From Octopus vulgaris (lineage: Eukaryota), in assembly GCA_951406725.2 (NCBI GenBank), contig OX597814.1:188604001-188668000 (forward strand): DNA of 64,000 nucleotides, given 5' to 3'. The notes under the pieces are model-generated. The model made no database searches, was not told where the DNA came from, and was given only the letters and a program-made list of their open reading frames with translations. Below, in pieces: positions 41,183 through 55,364 of this stretch (the first letter of the stretch is position 1; every line of letters starts with the position of its first letter). Made by a program: the position numbers and the translations under genes.

Positions 41183-42010
41183 TTGGAACACTGTACAACT
41201 GAGTAAATTTCTTCCACCCTGTTGTACTGTGATCATCTGTTATCAATTTGTAATGAGTTACGTAATGAAGCGCTCTTAGCATCCTTGCATCGGCTGGCTA
41301 TGAAAAGAGAGATACGCAAAGACGGCAAAAAATGCACAGATCGTAGCGATAAGTTTAAATTCTAATGCTAATTAGGAAAACTGATTAGTTTTTCTCTCCG
41401 GTACTTAGCCTCATAGTCAATACTCAATTTCAATAGTTTCGACCAGCCTGACTCAGGGATACACGCCGCTTAATGATAGGGCTCAGGTTATAGCCTATGT
41501 AGGGAAAAACTCACCAGATCCTACTATACGAGAAGATATTCCCATCTTTTAAAAGACAAGACGAAAGGTTGTCCTTCAATGAGCGGTATATGACGTACAT
41601 ACTTTTATAAAAACTTATCTTACGCAATTAAGATAAATACTGCTAAAACGGCAAGCCTCTTACATTTTTCTGCTTGACATTTCGTAATTTCTGATTAAAG
41701 TTATTACTTCAGAAGAGGGCTAAATTGCAGATATGACATTTACACCTTCCAGAAGACGGAATAGTGACATAAGTGGGGAATCCAAACTTGGTTAACTACC
41801 CAGTTTGTGGGAAATATACCACGGCTCCACTATTTCACACGCATTTAAATAATTACATACAGACACATATATGCATATTTACTTACATACGTATGTATGT
41901 GCGTGCTATTACGCAGCCATAAATATTATATAAATATGCGTATACTTACATATATGCGAGTGTGTGTATATGTATATATATATATATACGTATGTGTTTA
42001 TATATGTATA

Positions 42011-42358
42011 GGCGTCGGAGGGCTATGTGGTAAGTAGCTTGCTTACCAGCCACATGGTTCCGGGTTCAGTCCCACTGCGTGGCATCTTGGGCAAGTGTTT
42101 TCTACTATAGCCTCGGGCCGACCAAAGCCTTGTGAGTGGATTTGGTGAACGGAAACTGAAAGAAGCCCGTATATATATGTATGTGTTTGTGTTTGTCCCT
42201 CTAACATCGCTTGACAACCGATGATGGTGTGTTTACGTCCCCGTAACTTAACGGTTCGGCAAAAGAGACCGATAGAATAAGTCCTGGGGGTGATTTGCTC
42301 GACTAAAGGCGGTGCTCCAGCATGGCCACAGTCACATGACTGAAACAAGTAAAAGAGT
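42011..42358 (+). mobile_element. SINE family A
   Basis: Consensus match with internal deletion. Confidence 0.9.
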
Positions 42359-42749
42359 GAAATATATATATATGTTTATAAATACATGCAGGCATACAAT
42401 TATGCAGACACACACGCACATATATATATACACATATACAACATATACAATGGAGGGTTGACAGGGACTTCGAAGTTTTGGCATGCTGGCTTTCATCTGA
42501 CAGTTTTATGGAAGACGAGCAAACAGAAATTTTGAAGTCGCTGTGAGCATTGTACTTGTAAAAGTTAAAATATGTACTCCATTAAAAAGGATAGGGAATC
42601 TTTTAGTTTAACATTAAATTGCTTTTATATAAACGTGACTTAAAAGCACATATTAATACGTGTATATACATACATACATACATACATACATACATACATA
42701 CATACATACATACATACATACATACATACATACATACATACATACATAG

Positions 42750-43780
42750 AAAAGCACGCTATTGATTTTGTTGAAATTGCAATGATGGAGACTTGGATCC
42801 AGGTTAGAAACCAGCTCTTCCTCTATTGGCAAGAAATAAAACTGAATAACGACATACATACATACATATATACCTACATACATACATACATACATACAAA
42901 AGTACCCTATTAATGTTGTTGAAATTCCAGTGAAGGAGACTTGGATCTAGGTTAGAAACCAGCTCCTCATCTATTGACAAGAAATCTTGAAATAAAACTG
43001 AATAACGGCATACATACTTACAAACATACATACAAACATCATACATACATACATGGTGGCTGTCCCCTCGTTATCGAGTATGGCCATTGCACGAAGCTTA
43101 ATCAATCTTGTTATCGTGCAATGCCTGTGCAAGAAGATTTTTTTTTAAGTGAGGAAAGGCTGTGCACTGAGTCAATCCCACTCACTAAGCAACAGCAGTC
43201 ATAATCCGAAAAGAAGAACAAGTCAACATCATCGGTAATCACTGAGCCGCAGGTTTTATGTCGGAGTTATCCCAATTACCTGAGTTACCTTCTCCTAGAA
43301 GGATGCCCGAACAAAGGCTAGGAGTCCTTCACTCCCAATGGTTTAACAGCGCGATCGGGTATTCAGTCCGATTATTTCTATGTTCCCGCGCATGATACAG
43401 CCTTAAGACATTTATTGGATAGCCGTTGACTCTCAAGAGTTCCTCCGCCCTTTGACCAGTTTTGTCTTTCATCCCGCAGGGTGTCCAATAAACACCCTCC
43501 TCATCAAGCAAGCTTGGTGGGGTTGCTGGTTTAGTCGCCGACGACCCGACCATGCAACAGGTTGTACTGGGTTACATGTTACCAGTAGCACTCGAAAGTG
43601 ACCTGACATAACATTCATACATACATACATACATACATACATACATACATACATACATACATACATACATACATACATACATACATACATACAAAAGTAC
43701 CCTATTGATGTTGTTGAAATTTCATTGAAGGAGACTTGGATCTAGGTTAGTAACCGGCTCTACCTCTGAATAATGACATA
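42750..43780. repeat. (CATA)n-embedded 110 bp repeat, three copies (42750, 42898, 43693)
   Basis: ttgttgaaatt..gacttggatc..ggttag..actgaataa units, each bounded by (CATA)n. Confidence 0.85.
43055..43615 (-). mobile_element. Unclassified non-coding insertion in (CATA)n, possibly RTE-derived
   Basis: Relatively GC-rich block flanked by (CATA)n; ggcgactaaa and ctaggagaagg motifs recall RTE-type UTRs. Confidence 0.5.
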
Positions 43781-44636
43781 CATACATACATACATACTCG
43801 TGGAACACCCCAATAAAAACGTCAATTCGGTACAAACATAACAAGCCAAATATTGTTCTGGCAAAGCGAACAATGTCATGCACTGTTGTAGAGGTCAGCT
43901 GCCCAACGGATTTGAATGTGCAATAAAAAGATAATTCAAGAAAAAGAAAACAGTTACGGCGAATTAATGCGGAACTTACAGCTCCTGTACCGTGACTATG
44001 AATTCTCATTTGTACCTAACTTCATAGGTGCATTAAGTTATGTACCAAACGTAAACGAATAACCGGAGATCGTAAATACTTGTTTAACAGTCTATTTATC
44101 TATCTACATATTTATTTGTTTATTTATCTATTTATTTATTATTAGCATGTTTCATCGTTTCGTTCAAAACTGAACGACAAAATTTTCTGTGATTAAACGT
44201 AACCCAAATTTTTGTAAATAGCGGATATGTGGAGATTCATTTTTTCCCCCTTTTTCGACTGATGAATACTAGAGGTAGGAAACCTTATGTCCATGGAGGT
44301 CTTAATAGACCGCCCTTCAACATTAACCAATAACAGAATATGTTGTTCTCCGACATATCTAAATATACTACAGCACACATGTAGTTTTATTGGGACTATT
44401 TTGCTGCAATATCGAGTACGTTTATGGCAAAATACAATTTTAGTTTACTCAAAGATACCACAACATTGTCTGCAATGTGCATAATATAGCTACAATACTA
44501 TATAATTATATATATGCGTGTTTACATACACACAAACACATACATGCTCACAAACACACACACACGCACACATATATATATACACACATATGTATGTATG
44601 AATTTTATTGAGTCTTACATACATACATACATACAT

Positions 44637-44671
<35 letters not shown>

Positions 44672-44892
44672 TACATACATACATACATACATACACACAC
44701 ATGTATATATAAAGACATATATACACAAATACAAATAAGCTCGTAGATGCAAAAGAGTTGGAAAAAATAATAATTGAAAATGAAAGTTATGATGAAATAT
44801 TATTTTATTAAAGCCTCCCGCCACCAAATACTTTACAAACTGTGACTTTAACGTAACCTTTCATCAGACAGTTATAATAATACATGTATGTA

Positions 44893-45291
44893 TTCTTTTA
44901 TTCTATTATTTGTTTCAGTCATTTGACTGCGGCCATGCTGGAGCACCGCCTTTAGTCAAAAGAATCGATCCCAAGACTTATTCTTTGTAAGCCTAATACT
45001 TATTCTATCGGTGTCTTTTGCCGAACCGCTAAGTTACAGGGATGTAAACACATCAACATCGGTTGTCAAGCGGTGGTGGTGGTGGTGGCGGTACAAACAG
45101 AGATACACAAGCATATACATACATACAGGCTTCTTTCAGTTTCTCTTTGCCAAATCCACTCACAAGGCCTTGGTCCGCCCAAGGCTATAGTAGAAGTCTA
45201 CTGTGCAGTGCAAGGTGCAGCGCAGTGGGAATGAACCCGGAACCATTTGGTCGATGAGCAAGCTACTTACCACACAGCCACTCCTGCACCT
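44893..45291 (-). mobile_element. SINE family A
   Basis: Consensus match. Confidence 0.88.
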
Positions 45292-45480
45292 ATTTGTGTG
45301 TATTTTTGTGTATATGTGTATGTGTATGTGTATATGTGAGTGTGTGTGTGTGTATCTTTGTGCTTGCGCCGTTTGTTCACGCTGCCACTTGACAATCAGT
45401 GTTGCTTTGTTTACGCCTCCGTAAGTTAGCTGTTTGGCAAAATACACCGATAAAATGAGTCTCAGTTTGAAAAAATAAGT

Positions 45481-45829
45481 GATTTCAGCAGTAGTGATGA
45501 AGATGTTCCTTGTTTTGAAGATGATGAAGACTTTTCTGGTGTAGAAGATGATGAAGACTTTTCTGGTGTAGAAGATGATGAAGAGTTTTCTGGTTAAAAA
45601 GATGATTAAAGATGATTACTATTGTAATTTGTATGCTTTCCTTTTGTATGCTTGCTTCTATACAGCAATGTTTTCTGCTTTTGTAATGTGCTGCTAGACT
45701 GCTTTCAACAATATATGCTTAAATACACTTAAAACTTTTTTTCCTGAATTTGCCCTGCTGAAATGAGGGTGCGTCTAATATGCCAGTGCGTCTAATATGC
45801 CAGTGCGTCTAATATGCCGTCAAATACGG
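45481..45829 (+). mobile_element. Tc2/pogo-like transposon 3' end inserted in an old SINE A tail
   Basis: Ends aaatacgg then TA; three gtgcgtctaatatgcc subterminal repeats; three repeats of about 27 bp (gaagatgatgaaga..ttttctggt) reading EDDEDFSG; SINE tail resumes at 45830. Confidence 0.7.
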
Positions 45830-46393
45830 TATTTGGTTTCAAGTTTTTCGAGTAAATACTTCGAAGCTGTGCCCCAGCATGGCTGTAGTCCAATGACTGA
45901 AACAAGCAAAAGATTAAAGATATATAAATGGATGAGTACTAGACAGTGAAAGCGTAAAAGAATAATATGGAGCAATTTTAATATATATATTCATTCAAAT
46001 ATCTAAAAGTACAAATTGTGTTATTTTTCAAAAAAATATTTAAGTTTATTTCAGCGCATAATTTAAATGATAGCCGTCAACTGATTTCCTCTCTTCAAAT
46101 TAATTGGTCAGTTACTTAGAGTAGCAAGACTGTTTAAATTACATATATCAATGTATATTATATTATATTAATGCCCAAAACTAATGTCTCACCCAGATTT
46201 GATGTTTGTAACGAGAAATAGCACCATGAACCAAATTATTTATGCATTATCTGTTAATGTGTTGGTCATAAATACATTACAAAGACTAACTCAAGTTGTA
46301 CAAGTATAAGGCACAAGGCCATTGTCTTGGATGAAACGACGCATCATGATAGGAGAAAATACAAATATAGGCACAAGTATGGCTGCGGAATTA

Positions 46394-46805
46394 GGCGTAG
46401 GAGTGGCTGTGTGGTAAGTAGCTTGCTTACCAACCACATGGTTCCGGGTTCAGTCACACTGCATAGTACCTTGGGCAAGTGTCTTCTACTATAGCCTCAG
46501 GCCGACCAAAGCCTTGTGAGTGGATTTGGTAGACGGAAACTGAAAGAAGCCCGTCGTATATATGTATCTATATATGTATGTATGTGTGTATGTGTATGTT
46601 TGTGTGTCTGTGTTTATCCCCCCAACATCGCTTGACAACCGATGCTGGTGTGTTTACGTCCTCGTAACCTAGCGGTTCGGCGAAAGAGACCGATAGAATA
46701 AGTACTAGGCTTACAAAGAATAAGTCCTGAGGTCGATTTGCTCGACTAGAAGGCGGTGCTCTAGGATGGCCACAGTCAAATGACTGAAACCAGCAAAAAA
46801 GTAAA
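46394..46805 (+). mobile_element. SINE family A
   Basis: Full-length consensus match. Confidence 0.92.
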
Positions 46806-47037
46806 ACCAGCCACGTGGTTTTGGGTTCATTCTCACTACGCGGCACTTCGGGCAAGGGATTTCTACAACAGCCTCGCGCCGACTCACAGCTTTGCGAGTG
46901 AATTTGGTTGGCGGAAATTGTGTAGAAAACTATCGTACATACCTACATATATGCATGAATACATACATACACACATACATAAATACATACATACATACAT
47001 ACATACATACATACATACATACATACATACATACATA

Positions 47038-47336
47038 CAAACAAAATTACTCTGTTGATGTTGAAATTCCAATGAAGGGGATTTGGATCTAGGTTAGAAA
47101 CCAACTCTTCCTTTATCGGCAAGGAATTTTGAAATAAAGCTGAATAGCGACATACATACATACATACATACATACATACATACATACATACATACATACA
47201 TACATACAAAGGTACCCTATTGATGTTGTTGAAATTCCAATGAAGGAGACTTGGGTCTAGGTTAGAAACCAGCTCTTCCTTTATCGGCAAGAAATCTTGA
47301 AAAAAAACTGAATAGCGACATACATACATACATACA

Positions 47337-47370
<34 letters not shown>

Positions 47371-48031
47371 CATACATACATAACAAAAAGGAATACTTGT
47401 GGAATTGCCAGTGAAAACCTCAATAATATGCAAACACAATAGACCTGACATAATGATTGGGGATTGAGAAAAGAAATTGTGTACAATTGTAAAATCAGCT
47501 GCTGCAGTTACTCTATCAAGATTACAAGTTCTTATATCTGTAATTATTGGGAGATTGAGATATGTGACACACTGCCTAAATATCAATCTTAAGAAATTAT
47601 ACTTCTCAAAACTAGAAAGGAGAAAGCTGATTCCAATCCATCACTGGAACTGTAGAAACCTATAAAACTTTCCAGAAGTTTATAATTTGCGTGTACATGA
47701 CATGTCTAGATATGTAAATATATGCATGAGAATGCATACATAAAACAAAACATACAAATCTGCACACATACATACATACATACATTCATACATACATACA
47801 TACATACATACATACATACATACATACATACATACATACATACATACGTACGTACGTACATACATACATACATACATAAATACATACATACATACATACA
47901 TACATACGTACGTACGTACAAAAATACCCTCTTGATGTTGTTGAAATTCCAGTGAAGGAGCCTTGGATCTAGGTTATAAACCGGATCTTTCTCTATAGGC
48001 AAGAAATCTTGAAACAAAATTGAATAATGAC
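47038..48031. repeat. (CATA)n-embedded 110 bp repeat, three copies (47038, 47208, 47920)
   Basis: Same unit as 42750-43780. Confidence 0.85.
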
Positions 48032-48689
48032 ATACATACATACACAATCATACACACACACTCACACATATATGTATTTGTATGTATGTGTATGTATATG
48101 TAAGTGTGTGTGTGTGAGTGTGTGTGTGTGAGTGTGTGTGTGTGTGAGTGAGTGTGCGTTCGCCCGTATGTTTGTGTTTGCCCTCGCCCTCCCACTTAAC
48201 AACTGGTGTTGGTTGTTTACGTCCCCCGTAACTTTACAATTCTGTAAAAAAAAATAGTATAGAGAAGTGGTTCCTAAACTTTTTCGGGCTTACCTCATCT
48301 TGGCACCCAGACTACATTCCTAGCGTTACCTTCCTTCCACACCCACCACCACAAACATAGATAAATTTCTGTATCAAATTCAAAACAACAGTATTTCACA
48401 AAACTTAACCTAGTTATTTTGTTGTCTTTATGTCCATCATCACCCCCGTTTGTCCACCCCATTATCGCCATTACTTTGATTATACGACGCTGCATTTCTT
48501 CTCCCTTCTTTGCAATGTGTATGTGTGTGTGAGAACAGAAATCATATATAATGTGTTGAGCTTTTGGATAATCTATAAGAACCAGCTAAGTTGAAGTGAG
48601 GATCTTATGACCAGTTTTGTCTTTTTTAAAACTCATCAGGGATCGATCATAACACCTTACAACTACTGAATTCAGAAGAAGCTATCTTC

Positions 48690-48938
48690 TTACCCTTTAC
48701 TCTTTTACACTTTTACTTGTTTCAGTCATTTGACTGTGGCCATGCTGGAGCACCGCCTTTAGTCGAGCACATCGACCCCAGGACCTATTATTTGGAAGCA
48801 TAGTACTTATTATATCGGCCTCTTCTGCCGAACCGCTAAGTTACGGGGACGTAAACACACCAGCATCGGCTGTCAAGCGATATTGGGGGGTGGGGGTGGA
48901 ACAAACACAAACACACAAACATATATACACAGACACAC

Positions 48939-48996
<58 letters not shown>

Positions 48997-49040
48997 GACG
49001 GGCTTCTTTCAGTTTCCGTCTACCAAATCCACTCACAAGG
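48690..49040 (-). mobile_element. SINE family A, 5'-truncated
   Basis: Consensus match. Confidence 0.88.
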
Positions 49041-49648
49041 AATTATGTTTTAGCAGGTATCACAACTGTCTCTTAGATGGCTCATGTGATGATATATTAA
49101 TACATTTAAATTTACCGACTATATGCCTAAATAAAGGAATATAATTAAGGGATTCTAAATTTCACATTTAGTTGAAAAAGTCGGTTTAAAATTTAACCAA
49201 CAAAAATATATTCGAATATAATGATTTTCCCTAAAGCGTTTCATTTCTTGAAGCAGCTTGCGTGTGATCTGAAAGCGGCAAGTACAACCAGCTCTGTTCT
49301 ATGCCGTCCACTCTTTCCCACAGAGAATGTCGTTTAATCAATAAAACGATGCAAATTTTACTCACAGAACAGTATGCTGCGAAAGATTACAGTTTTCAGA
49401 AAATTAACTGCGAATATCAAAAAATTAAAGATTTCAGTGTCAAATTATTAGCACAGCAGTTTCTTTAGTGTTAGTTCCACATCTCCACATATTCAGTCCA
49501 CCTGTGAAAATCTAACTCGTGGACAAAGCGCAGAAACATCAGTAGCTGAAAGCAAAGACAGTTTGACTAGTGTCACCTACCTTAAGGTTCATTAGAGTGT
49601 TGTTACATTTCGTATTAAGTCCCCACATTTTACAATTCTTTAAATATA

Positions 49649-50510
49649 CTAGCAGTATAGCCCGACGTTGTTCGGGTTTGTTTTTTAGTTGCGCTTAAAA
49701 CAGCAGACTTTGATGTCGCGTTAACGAAGTTTTGACATAGTTTCAATCTATGAATAAAAGTATAGTGTAGCCATGCTCGAGTTTGCTCTGAATGTGCTGC
49801 AAATGTGTAATGCCGCCTTCAGTTGTTGGTATTGTTGGTTAGTATTCCTTCTATTAACATTATGGAGAAAAAAATTACCCGTAGATTTAAAGCAAAAATG
49901 AAGCTCAAGTTTCGAACTGTACTGAAAACCTATTAAGAAGTTAACACTGCAACAGTATTCATTAGGAAAAAGTACAGGAAAATCCAAAGCGTTAGTAAGA
50001 ACAGTTTGTAGTTACACCCCCCCCCCCAAATATGTTATTTTGAAGCCAAACGGGTGGGCAACATGAAACGTGGTTGTACCTGTAAAATGAATAAAATGGA
50101 CTATTTTACATCACGTATAACTAAAAAAATCTTTAAAATCAAAACATACCCATTGAAGGTTTGATTTGAACATCATACATAGTAACAGTATGTAGATCGC
50201 ACTTTATCTAGTTGAAATACACCGAAAAATGGCGACAGAGCAGTAAAAAAATCGTAAAAAATAGGGATTTTCATAGCAAAAAAAAATAAAGCACCTATTT
50301 GATGTAAATAATGTTTGGTCATAACATGGTCCGATTTGAATTTTTTCTTCTACGGAATGAAGAGCAAGCCTTCTTCTATCGTACTCTCAATTTTGGTCAA
50401 CTTGCGCCGCAGGGTCTCGGAGAAGATATTGTTAGTTGAAGGCTACCAAACCTGCCACACACACACACACACAGAGAGAGAGAGACAACTTCAGCTTTAT
50501 ATATATATAT
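49649..50510 (-). mobile_element. Non-autonomous Helitron, second family
   Basis: 3' cccga-acaacg-tcggg..atactgCTAG then T; 5' tatatataaagctgaagttgt resembles the start of the 56316 element. Confidence 0.75.
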
Positions 50511-52332
50511 ATTTACACAAGTAATAGTCGGTTTACGTTTTTCATGAGAGTACACGCTCTTAAATTAAGTAATTGGAAGGGGAGATAAGCGATAATGATT
50601 GAGCTTTAAAAGACAGGTGAAACTCGTCTCACGACAGTCCTCGCTTTCATTGGCAAAAACGCTTATGGTTTATCTACGTTATATTTTCACAATCTATGAT
50701 TGTTAAATATACTGTATATGTTTTCGTTTACAAATATTCTCATAATCTCGCTGTATTGGCAGTTTCGTTTACGCTCGCGCGCACACAAACGTGTATATGT
50801 GTGTGTATGTGTGTGTATATTTGTTTTTGTGTAAATGTATATAAATATATGTGTATATATATATGTATACATTCATATGTGTGTATATATTTATGTGTGT
50901 ATGCGTATGTATCTGTGTATATATTTGTTTTTGTGTAAATGTATATAAATATATGTATATATTTATATATACATATGTGTGTATATATTTATGTGTGTGT
51001 ATGTGTGTCAGTTTGTAGATATATATATATGAATGTGTGGACGCGTGTATGTCTGTATATATATGCCTAGTATGTGTGCACATATGTGTATACATATATA
51101 CACATAGATATAGGCGGACATTGAAAGAGAGAGAGAGAGAGAGAGGTACAGGGTGAAAGAAAGAGAGGGGTTAAAGAGAATGATAGAAGGAAGAAAAAGA
51201 GAGTGGAGAGAAAAATAAAGAGAGGCGAGATTCGTGTGTGTCCGTGTGTCCGTGAGAGAGAGAGACAGAGAGATGAAAAAGAGAGGAAGATGGAGAGGGA
51301 AAGAGAGGGAGAGAAGAGAAAAAAGGAGATAAATATATTCGGTTTTGTAATTTATAACAGCTATTATTTTACTAACAGAATTCTATCGAGGGAAATATTT
51401 TTTAAAGTAGATTAATATGTAAGAAGTCCCATGGTTTGGTAACTAACTAGTAACTAAAAACGTTTTGCATGCTCATCCGAACGTATTTTCAAGTTAATAA
51501 AAGCAGAATATTGGGAAAAAAATCAATTTTTACTACACAATAAATTCAGTTGTAAACTTAATGAGTCAGACTTTATAAGAAATCACCTTTTTGAACTTTC
51601 CTCTTTAATCGACCATTTTTGCTGAAACATTCAAAACAGCTTTCGAAAAACTATAAAATTCTACATTAGTGAGAACCGATCTATTATGTATTGCAAACGC
51701 ACATCTATTAAACATGCAACATCCAATACGTTAATTCTTTCAATTTTGCATAAGTTCTCGTTGACTCGATTATACAAAACGGTTTCGATCTCTGTTTGGA
51801 ATCATCCTAGCTCAGTTGCGCGGGTAAAATTTCTTAGGCAACGCACATTCGTAATTATAGTTTTTGATTAAGATAAGAAGTTGGATTCTAGCTTCTAGGA
51901 TTATACAAAGTTTTAAAGCATAATGATTGATAACAGATGTATGGCGTGCAACAACAGCTTGGAAAAAGTAATATTAGCTGTAGAGAAGCTAAGTGAAATA
52001 GTAGCTGACTTATATATATATATACACATACATACATACACGCATACATACATAAATATATATATATACATATATATATATATATGCATGTATATATATT
52101 CCACCTCAGCATCGGAAACTCGGAGTTTTATCATGGGTACCAAATAGTTGTCACATATTACATTTACAGATAAATTCCTCTATTAACATAGTATCAAGGT
52201 CTCTTTCATTCTTTTGTTGTCTTACCATTTCAAAATCGTTGGTACTTTTGAGTTTCAAGGGCGATGCTAGTCATCAGTTATTTTGAATTTGTCCACTCAC
52301 TCGTATATGTAGATATATATATATATATATAA

Positions 52333-52561
52333 GGCGGCGAGCTGGCAGAAACGTTAGCACGCCGGGCGAAATGCGTAGCCGTATTTCGTCTGTCGTTACC
52401 TTCTGAGTTCAAATTCCGCCGAGGTCGACTTTGCCTTTCATCCTTTCGGGGTCGATAAATTAAATACCAGTTACGCACTGGGGTCGACGTAATCGACTTA
52501 ATCCGTTTGTCTGTCCTTGTGTGTCCCCTCTGTGTTTAGCCCTTGTGGGTAGTAAAGAAAT
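52333..52561 (+). mobile_element. SINE family B
   Basis: Single full unit within (TA)n. Confidence 0.92.
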
Positions 52562-52583
52562 ATATATATATAGAGAGAGAGAC

Positions 52584-52628
<45 letters not shown>

Positions 52629-53333
52629 GAGGTGGAAAGGAGGCGGCAAAACTGAATAAAATAGCCAATTAAATGTATGTCTAATAATGCATAAATAGTT
52701 CTCTCTAACATAATGCAACAGAGTGTTTCCGATGACCCGCCTTGCTTAAATATCCAAATGCATTGGAATACCCACCGTAGGGATCCAAATATCCACAATT
52801 GGGATACGTGCGTTGAATCAAATTATATAAATTAGTGTTTATCGTAATACGCACACACACACACACACACACATAATTTATGTAATTTGAAGTATGAGTG
52901 CCCAAGAAAATGTAAAGAGCTGTACATTCAAATATGTGATGATAAACTTTATATACAAGCCAAGTTAGATTCCCAGAATTTATGTTACATAGATACTCGT
53001 TCCCATTCATCAACGTTACCGAGATCTTTCCCCTTATTTTTGGAAGTTTCTTTTTACAGGAAAACGAACATTCCTTTCACTCTCTTGTATTGTCATAAAT
53101 TAGATCTTTTTCTACAGACTGCACCAATTATCTGTTTTCTTATTCTTGAAGTAATCTCCTTTTATATTTATATTACTTATGATAGGCTTTGGAGAGAACT
53201 TCATCCTTGGACTGTTTCCTTGGTTAAAAACTGGATTCACATATTTTCAGATAGTTTCTACATGAAGGGAAACTTGGAGTGAACAATCACAATATGGTTT
53301 ATCGCCGTGAAAAAAAATGGTGGTTCGGATTAA

Positions 53334-54098
53334 GGCGGCGAGCTGGCAGAAACGTTAGCATGCTGGGCGAAACGCTTAGCGGTATTTCGTCTGTCTTTAC
53401 GTTCTGAGTTCAAATTCCGCCGAGGTCGACTTTGCCTTTCATCTTTTCGGGGTCGATAAAATAAGCACCAGTTACGCACTGGGGTCGATGTAATCGACTT
53501 AATCCGTTTGTCTGTCCTTGTTTGTCCCCTCTGTGTTTAGCTCCTTGTGGGCAGTAAAGAAATAGGTATTTCGTCTGTTTTTACGTTCTGAGTCCAAATT
53601 CCGCCGAGGTCGACTTTGCCTTTCATCCTTTCGGGGTCGATAAAATAAGCACCAGTTACGCACTGGGGTCGATGTAATCGACTTAATCCGTTTGTCTGTC
53701 CTTGTTTGTCCCCTCTGTGTTTAGCCCCTTGTGTGCAGTAAAGAAATAGGTATTTCGTCTGTTTTTACGTTCTGAGTTCAAATTACGCCGTGGTCGACTT
53801 TGCCTTTCATCCTTTCGGGGTCGATAAATTAAGTACCAGTTACGCACTGGGGTCGATGTAATCGACGTAATCCGTGTGTCTGTCCTTGTTTGTCCCCTCT
53901 GTGTTTAGCCCCTTGTGGACAGTTAGGAAATAGGTATTTCGTCTGTCTTTATGTTCTCAGTTCAAATTACGCCGAGGTCGACTTTGCATTTCATCCTTTC
54001 GGGTCGATAAATTATGTACTAGCTGCGTACTAGGGTCGATCTAATCGACTGGCTCCTCCCCAGAAATTTCAGGCCTTGTGCCTAGAGTAGAAAAGAAT
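53334..54098 (+). mobile_element. SINE family B tandem array, four units, single TSD
   Basis: One head, three internal tails, terminal alternative tail; TSD atg(g/t)tggttcggatt at 53317-53331 and 54097-54111. Confidence 0.93.
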
Positions 54099-55364
54099 GT
54101 TGGTTCGGATTCTTCGCGGGGCAATGAAAGAAGGCCGATCCAGAAAAGCATTGTTGCTCTTTCATGCAATTGTTAGATCAACTGTTCCTTTGTGATATGT
54201 TTGAAACTTAGAATTCCTTTTAAACACTTCTATTACACATCGAATTTCATTGGAGGCCGGCATTTTTATTGCCTCCTAAATCCCGTTTTGTCTGCAATGT
54301 CATTAACACGCGTCGCGTAACAAAATTCAGATATTGACGATGATGATGTTGATGATGCTGATAATAAAAATAGTAATGACAATAATTATAGCAACATTAG
54401 CAATAACTAATTTTCTTTGATGATCTAATTAAATACACAAAAAATTAGCTATGACAGACATTCAAAAGCACTACAAAATATATTGGAGAATACCTGCCTG
54501 GAAAAAAAAATAAACAAAAGAACATTTATTGCAAGAATGCTAAATGTTAATGGTGAACTAAGTGATAAAAGATATGCAAATTATATGAAGCCACAAGCTA
54601 TACACGACACCAATTAAGCTTAACTATCGTTTAACGGCATTAGAAAAATATTATTCATTGGACATTTTCTGATAATGTCTTATTTCTTATCTGTACGGTG
54701 ATGTTTAGAGAATATCGCAGCAAATTTCATAGAGTACAAATGAAGATGACTGTATAAAATGAACAATAATAAATTAAAACAAAATACGAAATAAAAAAAG
54801 GATAAATATTTCCTAAGCATAAACTACTAAAGGTTAAAAAAACATATATGATAAATGATAAAAAAACACACGCACACATATCTCCCATAAAGAATTAATT
54901 TCATTAAATGCGAGTATGCTTTTGCATACTATCGAAAATGCGTGGTGGTTCTTTCCTCTTTGTGCACGTGTATTTTACTTTTAACATATACTCACATTCA
55001 GGCACACACATACTCATATACAACACGCACAAATATACGCATACATATCAAACGCAAAAACTAATTCATACACACATTCGTTTGTCTTTGTCGGGATAAA
55101 TTAAGTTAAATGACTACGGCAAGTATCAATTGATAAATTGTCTTTTTATACATTTTTTTCATGCTGTTAGTGTGCCATGTAATAGAATTTCAGTTAAAAA
55201 TTATTTAGCGTCCAAATGAAATATAAAAATGTGTCTAGCGAAATGATGTAATAACAAACCCAACTACCACAAAAAAAAAAAAAATAGCTGCTGAAACAAT
55301 AACAACAGCCACAAAAACAAAAAAGAAAAACAGCTACAAAAACAATAACAACAACGATAGTTAT

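Noticed and set aside
44255-44295. CTGATGA..GAAAc..gTC hammerhead-like match
   Set aside because: Stem II base mismatched and no stem I.
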